In this document: positions 1 through 9,974 of the stretch, in pieces
Numbering within the stretch: the stretch's first letter is position 1
Layout of the letters: the number at the start of each line of letters is the position of its first letter
Assembly: GCF_963921235.1 (NCBI RefSeq)
Contig: NC_086097.1
Span: forward strand, 84,446,001 to 84,510,000
DNA length: 64,000 nt
Direction: 5' to 3'
From: Mobula hypostoma
Lineage: Eukaryota
Position numbers and translations under genes: made by a program
Notes under the pieces: model-generated
What the model was told of the DNA's origin: nothing
Databases searched by the model: none
What the model saw: the letters and a program-made list of their open reading frames with translations, nothing else

Positions 1-293
1 AATAGAAGAGGATGTAGAAGAGGTGGAGTTGCACTAACAACCAGAGATTATTTCCCATTTGCATTTAGAGAAAACATCCAGGAGGATTCGTCCACTGAAG
101 CGATGTGGGTAGAAGTCAGGGATAAGAAAGGTGCCATTGCTGTATTAGGGTTTTGTTGTAGACTTTTCAATTGCTAGAGCAGTGGTCCCCAACCACCGGG
201 CCTCAAAGCATGTGCTACCGGGCCACAAGGAAACGATATGATTTGGTGATATGAGTCAGCTGCATCTTTCCTCATTCCCTGTCACGCCCACTG

Positions 294-653
294 TTGAGCT
301 TGAACGCACGCGAGGTCATTACCCACGCGTCATCCATGTCAGTGCGGGAAGAAGATCAACTCCTTGAGCTTGCAAATGACGGTAGGCTGAAAAGTATGCT
401 TGATATAACATCTCTGCCGGCATTCTGGATCAAAGTCAAGGCTAAATATCCTGAGATAACAACGAAAGCACTGAAAACATTGCTTCCATTTCCAACATAT
501 CTCTGCGAAGCGGGGTTTTCTGCAATGAATGCAATGAAAACAAAATTACGGAAGAGACTGGACATAAGGAACCCCCTTCGAGTATCGTTGGCTCCCATCA
601 CCCCTCAATGGCACCGTCTTGTTGCAGGAAAACAAGCCCAGGGCTCCCACTGA
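294..653 (+). pseudogene. hAT transposase C-terminal (dimerisation-domain) remnant
   Basis: ORF reads FWIKVKAKYPEI..KALKTLLPFPTYLCEAGFSAM..MKTKLRKRLD, typical of Buster/Charlie transposase C-termini. It lies inside the TIR-bounded element. Confidence 0.9.
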
Positions 654-944
654 CTCAGCGATATTGGTGTGTTGCAATGATTCTATATGTTCATACAAGG
701 AAAATATACGCTGTGTGTTTAATATCCAAATGTTACTTAAAATGTTATGATGCTATTGACTTATAAGTGACTTATAATTGACTTATCACTATATTCATAC
801 GAGGAAAATATGCGCTGTGTGTTTAATATTAAATTCATTAGATAAACCCTTTTAAAAATGAAATTGAGTGCATTAGCCACTTATAAGTGACTTATAGTTG
901 ACCTATCACCTATATTCCAGTCGTGATCAACACCACCCCTCTCC

Positions 945-1438
945 CAGGGTTGCCAACTGTCCTGTATTAGCCGGGACATCCCATATATTGGGCTAAATTG
1001 GTTTGTTCCATATGGGACCGCCCTTGTCCCGTATTTCCCCCGCTAAGGTAGAGCGTTCCTATGAAACCTTTTGTGCCAAAATGGCGTAAAGCGCAGAAGC
1101 AATTACCATTAATTTAAATAGGAAAATTTTTTGAGCGTTCCCAGACCTAAAAAATAACCTAACAAATCATACCAAATAACTCATAAAACCTAAAATAACA
1201 CTAACATATAGTAAAAGCAGGAATGATATGATAAATACACAGCCTATATAAAGTAGAAATAATATATGTACAGTGTAGTTTCACCGAACAGAATCGCCAA
1301 AAACTATTTGTAGAAAAAAAATCGGCACGTACTCACGCGTACGCACACAGGTGCTCGCACAAGGCTTCATGGTCATGGTAGTTTTTCTCGGGGTAAACAC
1401 AAGTATTTGACTGCTACTGTTGTCCGTTGGCAACCCTA
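945..1438. mobile_element. hAT-Blackjack-like MITE nested in the Charlie element
   Basis: TIRs cagggttgccaac (945-957) and gttggcaacccta (1426-1438). The left end continues tgtcctgtattagccgggacatccc, resembling MER81/Blackjack termini. TSD is unclear in the C-rich flanks. Confidence 0.7.
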
Positions 1439-1848
1439 CCACCCCCCCCTCCTCCGCCCCCAGGTCGGCCGGTCCGCAAGAATATTGTCAGTAATAAACC
1501 GGTCCGCGGTGCAAAAAAGGTTGGGGACCCCTGTGCTAGAGGGAGATATAGCAACAGATAACGCAACAGGGTTATTATAGAGGGATATTCACTAGATTAG
1601 ACAATCAGTGGTTTAGTTGAGGCAGAATTTGTAGGATACGTTCAGGAGGACTTCTTGAAACAGCATATCGATTCTCCAACCAAGAAAGGGGCCATTCTAG
1701 ACCGTGTATTTGGAAATGAGCCTGGCCAGGTGACTGGAGATTCAGTGGGGAAATGTTTTGGCAACAATGCTCATAACTCTTAAGTTGTAAGATAGTTATG
1801 AATAAATATATAGCAGACATTGTTAAATTGGGAGGACTAATTATAACA

Positions 1849-2049
1849 TTTGGGCTGGCTGGTGGTGCAGTGGCATTAGCACTGGACTTTGATGTGGATG
1901 GTCTTGAGTTTGAATCCAGCCAGGTCCCAACCTGGACAGCAGAAGCATTTGTGCAGAAGAAGGGCCTGGCAATCTACTTCCATACTTTGCCACGAAAACC
2001 CTATCGACAACTACACTATCCATAGGGTCACCAGCACTCAACCACAACG
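1849..2049 (+). mobile_element. tRNA-headed SINE with RTE/BovB-like 3' part
   Basis: A-box tggtgcagtgg (1863-1873) and B-box gagtttgaatcc (1906-1917). Body ggcaatctacttccatactttgccacgaaaaccc..tccatagggtcac. TSD attataaca/attacaaca (1840-1848, 2050-2058). Confidence 0.75.
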
Positions 2050-2778
2050 ATTACAACAGTATTAGATTGGAACTGAGTAGAGTAGATTTGGAACACCCAT
2101 TATTTGGTAAATCTATATTTGACATATTGGAGTCTTTTGAAGACCATCTGGTTAGAATTCAGGTTCAGCGTTTTCCAGCAAAGATGAAAGATAGGGATAG
2201 TAACATTCAGGGACATTTAATTACAAGAAATGTTGTAAATTTAGTCAGAAAGAAAAAGGAAACTGATGCAAGGCTTAGAATATCGAAATTTAGACAAGGT
2301 CCTTGAGGAATACACAGGAAGCAGGAAAGTTCAGGAGTACTAAAGGAATATCCTCGGCAAATAGGATTAAGGAAAATGCTACTGCAATTTAGATGGCTCA
2401 GAAGTGGGTAGGACTACTCAAGGACCAAGTACAGAATTTATTACTAGAGCCAGAGGAAGTAGAAAGGTATTAAATGAGTTTCAAGGAGATAGACATGGAT
2501 GAGAGTGAGAGTTAGTGAGTGCTGGTGCTAGTGCTATGTTCATATGTGAGGAAATGTTGATATTCATAAGGGGGTGGTGTTAGATCTTTTGATGAATATT
2601 AAGATGGATGTCCCCAAGGGCTGAGGGGATCTATACCCTGATACTGAGGGAGGCAAAGCTGGGGACTGGTGGGATCTTGCCTGAAAATTTTGCTTCAGGT
2701 GACTTCCCAGAGGACTAGAGAATAGTCAATGTTGTTTCTTTGTTTAAGTAGGGTAACAGAAACAAACTAGGACTTTAT

Positions 2779-4366
2779 TCGAAGTTCAAAGTAAAATCTA
2801 TTATCAGAATATGTACATGTCACCACGTTCAACCCTGAGGTTCTTTTCTGCGGGCATACTTAGTAAATCTATGGAACAGTAACTGTGAACAGGATCAATG
2901 GACAACAAACTATACAAATACAGATATAAATGAATAGCAATATATAACGAGATAAAAGAGTCCTTAATGAGTGTAGCTATCCCCTTTTGTTCAAGAGCCT
3001 GATGGTTGAGGGGTTGTAACTGTTCTTGAATCCAGTGGTGCAAGTCCTGAGGCTCATGTACCTTCTACTTGATGGCAGCAGAGAGAAAAGAGCATGGTCT
3101 GGGTGGTGAGGATCTTTGATGATGGATGCTGTTTTTCTACGGCAACCTTTCATGTAGATGTGCTCACTGGTTGGGAGGGTTTTACCTGTGATGTACTGGA
3201 CTGAATCCACAAACTTTTGTAGGATTTTTCACTCAAAGGCATTGGTGTTCCCATACCAGGCCATAATGCAGCCAGTCAGCACACTTTCCACCACACATCT
3301 ATAGAAGTTTGCCAAGGTCTTTAATGACATGCTAAATCTCCACAAATTCCTGAAGAAGTAGAGGTGCTGGCATGCTTTGTTTGCAATTGTATTTACTGTA
3401 TATGGTGAGTCCAGGGCAGCTCCTCTGAGATAGAGACACCCAGGAATTTAAAGTTACTGACCCTCTCCTCCTCTGATCCTCCGATGATTACTGGCTCAGG
3501 GACCTCTGGGTTCCCTCTTCTGTTGTCTACAAACAGTTCCTTGGTCTTATTGATATTCAATGAGAGGTTGTTGTTATTACCACCACTCAATTTCCCTCCT
3601 GTATGCTGATTCATCACATCTTTTGATACAGCCCAGAACAGTGGTGTCATCAGTAAACTTATATGTGGTGTTGCAGCTGTACTGAGCCACACAGTCATAA
3701 GTGTAAGGTGAGTAGAGCAGGGGGCTAAGCACACATCCCTGTCGTGCTCCTGTGTTGATGGAGATTGTGGAGGAGATGTTTTTGCCAATCCAAACTGACT
3801 GCAGTCTACAAGTGAGGAAATCCAGGATCTCATTGCACAAGGTGGTATGGAGGCCTGGGTCTTGGAGTTTACCGATTAGTTTTGAGGGGATGATGGTGTT
3901 GAATGCTGAGCTGTAGTCGATAAAGAGCAACCTGATGTACATATCTTCGCTGTCCAGATGTTCCAGGGTTGTGTGAAGAGCCAGCGAGATAGTAGACTCG
4001 TTGCTTTGGCAGGCAAATTGGAGTGGAAACAAGTTGCCACTCAGACAGGAGCTGATATGCTTCAACACCAGCCTCTCAGAACTCTTCATCACTGTGGATG
4101 TAAGAGCCACTGGATGATGTCATTGAGACAGGTTACCACGCTCTTCTTCGGCACCGGTACGATTGAAACCTGCTTGAAGCAAGTGGGTACCGTACACTGT
4201 CAGAGCAAGTAGTTGAAGATATCCGTGAATACACCAGCCAGTTGGTCAGCACAGGTCTTCAGTACTCGTCCAGGTACTCCATCTGGATCAGATGAATTCA
4301 CCCTCTTGAAGGCAGCCTGCACGTCACCTTCAGACACTGAGACGAAAGGATCTTCGGGAGACACGA
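2779..4366 (-). mobile_element. Rex1/Babar LINE, 5'-truncated
   Basis: Minus-strand ORFs give ALTSTVMK..ERLV, LFIDYSSAFNTIIPSKL, QGCVLSPLLYS, KFTDDTT, FKFLGVSISEEL and SIIKDPHHP. The 3' tail lies at ~2779-2860. Confidence 0.92.
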
Positions 4367-4879
4367 ACCAGTGAACCTGATAGTGGGAATAGGGAAATTA
4401 TTGGGGAAAATTCTTATGAGCAGGATTTGCTCACATTGGGAAAAGCACAGACTTAGTAGGGATAGTTAGCATAGCTTTGTGTAGGGGAGGCCCTGTTTTG
4501 CAAGCTTGACTGAGTTTTGTGAGAAGATGATGAAGGTGATTGAGTGTAGGGCAGTGGACTTCAGTAAAGAGTTTGACCAGATCTTTCATGGTAGGCTGAT
4601 CCAGTAAGATCTGTGAGTTGGTAGGTTCAATTCAAAATTGGCTTGGCCATAGAAAACAATGTAACGGTAGAGATGTGGTATTCTGACAGGACATCGGTAA
4701 TGTTCCATCAGGATCAGTGCTTGGACCTCTGTAGTTGGTAATACATTAATGATTTGGATTGATTGGTAAGTTTGCAGGCGACACAGAAGTTGATGGAATT
4801 GCTGACTGTGAGAAAGGTCGGTGGACCAACAAACACTATTTTTACGCAAATTCTAACCTAAACCATTTAACTGTGCACA

Positions 4880-4997
4880 CATTCCCATCGACTCCTCCCA
4901 GATCCTGCCACTCATCTACGCTACACTCCAGTAACAACTTACAGTAAGCAGTTACCCTCACCCACACACATTTTGGAACATGGGAGGAAACCCAGGA
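4880..4997 (-). mobile_element. V-SINE (HE1-like) fragment
   Basis: tgggaggaaacccagg is the reverse complement of the V-domain-like ggtttcctccca motif seen in the other copies in this window. Confidence 0.55.
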
Positions 4998-4998
4998 C

Positions 4999-6022
4999 AA
5001 ATCAGAATCGGGTCTTACTATCACTCTGAGATGGCATGAAATATTTTGTTTTGCAGCAGCAGTAGAGTGCTATAAATGACAAAGGGGATAATATAATAGT
5101 GTTCATAGATTCATAGACCATTCAGAAATCTGATGGTGGAGGGAAAGCAGGTGTTTCTGAGCATAGGTCCTCCTCCCTATTGTTTGTAGTGTGAAGAGGA
5201 CAGGTCCCAAGTGAGGAGGGCCCTCAATGATGGACGCTGAGGAACTGGCATATGATGATGTCTTTGACGATGGGGAGGGTTATGCCCATGATGGAGCTGG
5301 CTGGGTCTATAAGGCTCTGCAACGTCTTGTGATCCCATGCACTGGAGCCTCCCTACCAGCCTGTCATGCAACACACATAAAAGTTGCTGGTGAACGCAGC
5401 AGGCCAGGCAGCATCTCTAGGAAGAGGTGCAGTCGACGTTTCAGGCCGAGACCCTTCATCAGATTGACAAGAGTCTTTGATGACATACCTAATCTCCTCA
5501 AGTTCCTAACGGAGCAGAACTGCTGGTGTACCTTCTTTGTGATTGCATCGATGCATTGGGCTTAGGAGAGGTCCTCTGAGATGATGACAGTCAGGAACTT
5601 AAGCTGGCCCACCCTTTCCACCACTGACCCCCTCCGTGAAGACAAGTTTTCCCCTTTCCGAAGTTCACAATCAAATCCTTGGTCTTGCTGATGACGAGTG
5701 TGAGGTTGTTGTTGCAGCTCAACCAGCTGATGTATCTCATTTCTGTACGGCCCCTTATTTGAGATTTGGCATCAGTGGCGTCGCCTGAGACTTTACAGAT
5801 GGTTGCTTGAACTGTCTGGCTGAGCACAGTCATGCGTGCAAAGAGGGTAGAGCAAGGAGCTAAGCATGTGTACTTGAGAAAGCTTGTGTGTCAGCGAGGA
5901 GGAGACGCTATCGTTGATCCAAACTGTCTCTGGGCTCCTGACGAGAAAGTTGAGGATCTACTTGCAGGGGGAGGTACTGAGACCCAGGTTTAGAATCTTG
6001 GTGATTAATACCAAGGGGATGA
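4999..6022 (-). mobile_element. Rex1/Babar LINE 3' fragment
   Basis: aatcagaatc tail; translated NNNLTLVISKTKDLIVNFGK motif; collinear with 2779-4366. Confidence 0.85.
5370..5462 (-). mobile_element. Penelope-like element terminal remnant with hammerhead core
   Basis: Reverse complement reads CTGATGA agg gtctcgg cct GAAAC GTC gactg. Near-identical to 24955-25033. Inserted into Rex1 with a small target deletion. Confidence 0.8.
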
Positions 6023-6973
6023 AGGACCCTCACAGTGCCCAACAATGAACAAGGGTGCCCAAGTTAATCTTTCTTCCCATCTGAAAGTATGTCTTGTTCT
6101 CAAGTAGTCGGGTATCGAGTTATCACACTGTGGACTATATAGCAGAGTTTAACAAAGGCTGGTCCAATGGTCTGAATTCAACAGTCGTGCACTTGGCAGC
6201 CAGTTACTTGATACCAGTTGGATTTGGGGCCACTTGTAAGGAGTTTGGAGTAATCCCTGTCCAGATTAGTTAATTAAGAAACCGCAGGGCTTGAACCTAG
6301 ATGCTGTGTAGTTTCTGTTGGATCGTTTGACACTGAGGGCAATAAAGAGAACAGGCAAAAGATGCCAAGCAATGCTGAATAATAAGAATAATTCCAAGAT
6401 AAAATTATGATAGTTATTCTTAAAAGTTGTTGGAGAGTCCCCAAGACAATTTGCCAGGAGAAATGTTATATGTGCAAGATTTTTTTTCAAAGGCAATTGG
6501 AATGAAATTTATGAGTTACAATATTTTAAAATGTTTGGATCTTCAAATATCAAAATTAGTTTTATTCCAAGTCAGTAACAGAATGGTCCAAATTTGTCTT
6601 GAGAATTGATGGCTATTAAACTTGTCTGTTTATAGCACATGTTTTAAAGTCTTCATTAATTTTTACTTCACTGCATTTGCAGACAAAAATATGAAAAGCA
6701 ATGCTCCCTGCCAGCGGATGTCCTCATCTGGCTTTTCAGTTTTATGGAACATTAAATATTGTAGATCTGACTTTCTCATACAGAATACACTGCACTTTGT
6801 AATTCATTGTGAAACACAACCTGAAGCTTCTGGCAGCACATTAAAGCATTATATAAAGGAAAAGTTTTTTTTTCCCATTAAATTTGCCCAGTAAGTATTT
6901 TCCTTGATCATCGCCAAAGTGGACATGGTTCAAAAACAAAGTGAGGGATGGAATGAGGGAATAGGGAATGAGG

Positions 6974-7136
6974 GACACACACAAAATGCTGAAGGAACTC
7001 AGGACTTGATGAGGGTTCTCGGCCGGAAACGTCAACTGTTTACTCTTTTCCATAGATGCTGCCTGCCCTGCTGAGTTCCTCCAGTGTTTTGTGTGTGCTG
7101 CTTGGATTTCCAGCATCTGCAGATTTTCTTGTGTTT
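6974..7136 (+). mobile_element. Penelope-like remnant with inverted 5' end and degenerate hammerhead
   Basis: Inverted arms at ~6975-7003 and ~7071-7096. Core tTGATGA..GAAACGTC (7006-7033). 16-bp TSD ggaatag(g/t)gaatgagg (6958-6973, 7137-7152). Confidence 0.8.
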
Positions 7137-7367
7137 GGAATAGTGAATGAGGCCCATGTATTTTGTTTTAAGTTAAATGCAAGCTATTAGAATCACTCCA
7201 AGAAATTACAGGGACCAAATGTCACCAGTAGTAATGCTTATTGCCTGCATGATGTGATCAATGACACAGTTAAGGACAGTTCTAACGACCTGTTGAAGAT
7301 GCAAGTAAGCCAAGCATTCATCACAACAGTGGTCAATATATAGAGGAGCATCACTGTTCTGTTAGAG

Positions 7368-7926
7368 CAGTGATTCTCAGCTGTGTTTTGGCCACAGCCC
7401 CCTTAGGAGCTCTTCTCAGGTTTCAGGACCCCCTTTTCAAACAGGGGTGCAACACGAACAGATAGACAGAAAATCATTTATTATTAATACCAAGAAAACC
7501 TACCTTAACATATAATATATCCAAACACATATACTTTAAAGTTACTAGGCTAAAAAAGGCCTAGCAAGACATGCTGATCTTCGGAGAATGAAATATGGCA
7601 ATAATGGATGCGAGAACCCTTCATTGAATACGTTGACCTGGTGCAGTCTGATTCGCGACTGACTCTGAAGTGAAGCTGTGTGGGAGGAGTTTAAGCAATG
7701 AATTTACCAGGTGGGCCGAATTCAAATGCTGTGTTGGAAAGATATTATAAATAGGAGGGAAACTATTGACTCCAATGAAGGTTGCTGCTTGGGTATTTCA
7801 TCGGTTCAGTTACCAGGGCCCCCATAAACCCTTGGGGCTCCCCTTCTCACAGTTTTCAGTCGGTGGCCCCCTTCAACTGTGCCAGGGCCCCCAAGGGGGC
7901 CATATGGTCCCCGTTGAGAATGGCTG
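7368..7926. mobile_element. hAT (Charlie-like) MITE
   Basis: Imperfect TIRs cagtgattctca / tgagaatggctg. TSD tgttagag/agttacag (6/8 match, central TA). gggcccc subterminal motifs. Confidence 0.7.
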
Positions 7927-9084
7927 AGTTACAGGACTAACTGTATCCAGTGTGTCAGCACACATGTATCCTCAATTGTTCAAACTGGGCTAATCTATTT
8001 ATCAATTTAGTTCAGTATCCCAGTCCAAGTATTCAGTTATCGCTCGTGAATATATCTGTGGGCTATATGACAGAGTTTATCAAAGGCAGACCCACTTGCC
8101 TGAATTCAATAATCTGTTTATCAATAACTGCTGTCTAGTCAATCATTCAATTATTTTTGGACAGACCTACATCAGCCAATAAACTGGAGCTCATAATTCG
8201 TAGCAAACAGGTTAATAGTTCAGCAAGATTAATCATCTCCTAGCCTTGTTTGCATTTAATAGATTAGGACCTTAATTTGGTCTGACAGGCACAGGCACAG
8301 GATTTTTTCCAAGGCCACTATCCCGTCCACTATATGAGTTAACCAAAACCAGGCATAACATCCCAGATGCAGCCTGATACCAGAAACTTACATGCCAAAT
8401 TGATATCCATTCATTTATATTGATTGATTCTGTCAATGCAATCTAATGTCTTTTGCCTTAAATATAATTTTCTCTATATGAACACTTGAGCTCACTTCTG
8501 TACATGGAGACTGCAAATTAAGGATAATGTTTGCAGAGTCCCACATTCAATCATCCTGGTTACTAATCAGCCGGACGGCAGTATTGGCTAATTGATTTGC
8601 ATATGAAAATATTATCCATTCCCACTGCCTCTGCTCCTTCTTTTGAAGACCTCTAATCTTTTAACCCCTGTCAGATTATATTGTTATACCTGGCACACCT
8701 TTGTTACTGGGAATGAAACAGTGTAAATTTTAAGTTATAGCCAGGGGGCCTTCGCTTCCCTGTTTCTGACGGTTAATGGGCGATATGGGAATGGTTGTGG
8801 CTTTTCTGTTGAACACTAGAGTGCAGCTTGTTGGATTTTGGGATAAGGTAACTAGACTGCTTTAGTCAACATGTGCAAGGCTGCCATTGCCTGCGGTTGT
8901 GTATGGTGAGGTGTGTGAGAAAGGGTATTAGATTCAGAAGTAAAATAAATGAAAACACCACATTAATGAGGTGCACCAGAGTACAGGGGAGAATTTTTAA
9001 AAAGAGGAGTTTAATTAGTATTAGTGTAGGTGTGTGTTTGATTATTGGTGAGAGCTGGTGGTCTCCCTCTCGTCTGTCGCAGGA

Positions 9085-9805
9085 GCGATCTCTCTCTCTC
9101 TCCTCGCTAGTGAGAGAGCCTATCTGAGATGTTGAAGTGTTGGGATGGACAGTAGTTTTTCATGGACTCTAGATCTTGATCTCTGGGGAGGGGGTGGGGG
9201 CTTTGGTATTGGTTGCATGGTGGGTGGAGGGGGTCGATGCTTTTGCTGGAGCAAGGGGGCGAGGAGGGGGGGTCGATGCTTTGCTGTAGTAAATTGGGGG
9301 GGTTGATACTTCTGTAGTAAATGGAGGGGTCAATACTTTTGCTGTAGTAAATGGAGGGGTTGGTACTTTTGCTGTAGTAAATGGGGGGGTCGATGCTTTT
9401 GCTGTAGTAAATGGAGGGTCGATGCTTTTGCTGTAGTAAATGGGGGGTCGATGCTTTTGCTGTAGTAAATGGGGGGGTCAATGCTTTTCCTGTAGTAAAT
9501 GGAGGGTTGATGCTTTTGCTGTAGTAAATGGGGGGGGTTGATGCTTTTCCTGTAGTAAATGGGGGGGTCGATGCTTTTGCTGTAGTAAATGGGGGTCGAT
9601 GCTTTTGCTGTAGTAAGTGCGGGGCGGGGGGTTGATGCTTTTGCTGCTGCTTGTGTCTGGGGAGGGGGGGAGGGAGGCTTTGGGGTTCTAACATTTTCTG
9701 CCATTCATTCTTTGGGGTTTTTTCTTCTGTTTTGTGGATGTCTGTGAAGAGTAAGGATTTCAGGTTGTATACTGTATATGTTCTCTGATATTAAATTGAA
9801 CCATG
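9085..9805 (+). mobile_element. Non-autonomous retroposon with Rex1-like 3' tail
   Basis: 3' end gtggatgtctgtgaagagtaaggatttcaggttgtata..ctctgatattaaattgaac resembles the Rex1 tail (reverse complement of 2779-2860) and the tails at 26670-26742 and 46150-46225. No RT coding sequence. Confidence 0.65.
9233..9650. repeat. Minisatellite, ~14 units of ~27-39 bp (mostly 29-31; gtcgatgcttttgctgtagtaaatgggggg)
   Basis: Units start at approximately 9233, 9272, 9302, 9329, 9359, 9389, 9418, 9447, 9477, 9506, 9537, 9567, 9595, 9631. Confidence 0.95.
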
Positions 9806-9974
9806 GGGCTTGATGAAGTGAAGGGCTTGTTTCCATATTGTAGGATTATTATTCTAAAGTAGGGCAAACTAAAATATTGAGATAAATTGTAAGAGATGTT
9901 TAAAAAGGAGAGTTAGCAGAGTAAGTGTTGGTCCTGTGGAAAGCAGGTTTGGAGAAAGAATAATTGAAAAAACA

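Larger units (their letters stand above)
180..1533 (+). mobile_element. Non-autonomous hAT (Charlie/Buster-like) DNA transposon
   Basis: TIRs cagtggtccccaacc (180-194) and ggttggggacccctg (1519-1533). Perfect 8-bp TSD tgctagag (172-179, 1534-1541) with central TA. Contains a transposase remnant. Confidence 0.95.
1..4820 (+). mobile_element. Decayed CR1 LINE (endonuclease to RT), split by three insertions; pieces 1-179, 1542-1848, 2050-2778, 4367-4820
   Basis: Degenerate CR1 ORF2 motifs in order: EAMWVEVRDKKG (~97-133), PEDWR-ANVV-LFK-like (~2707-2750), PVNL..GKLLGKIL (4368-4415), SFV-GRPC (~4473), KFAGDT (4768-4785). Confidence 0.85.

Noticed and set aside
294..653. Domesticated ZBED/GTF2IRD2-like host gene
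   Set aside because: Only a C-terminal fragment, enclosed by TIRs and a TSD.
8682..9085. Possible solo LTR starting TGTTA
   Set aside because: No matching CA terminus, TSD, primer-binding site or second copy found.
9233..9650. CRISPR-like array
   Set aside because: Units are head-to-tail with no unique spacers, and the context is eukaryotic with no cas genes.
9107..9704. 195-aa and 124-aa repetitive ORFs
   Set aside because: They are translations of the minisatellite, and the same peptides cycle between frames.
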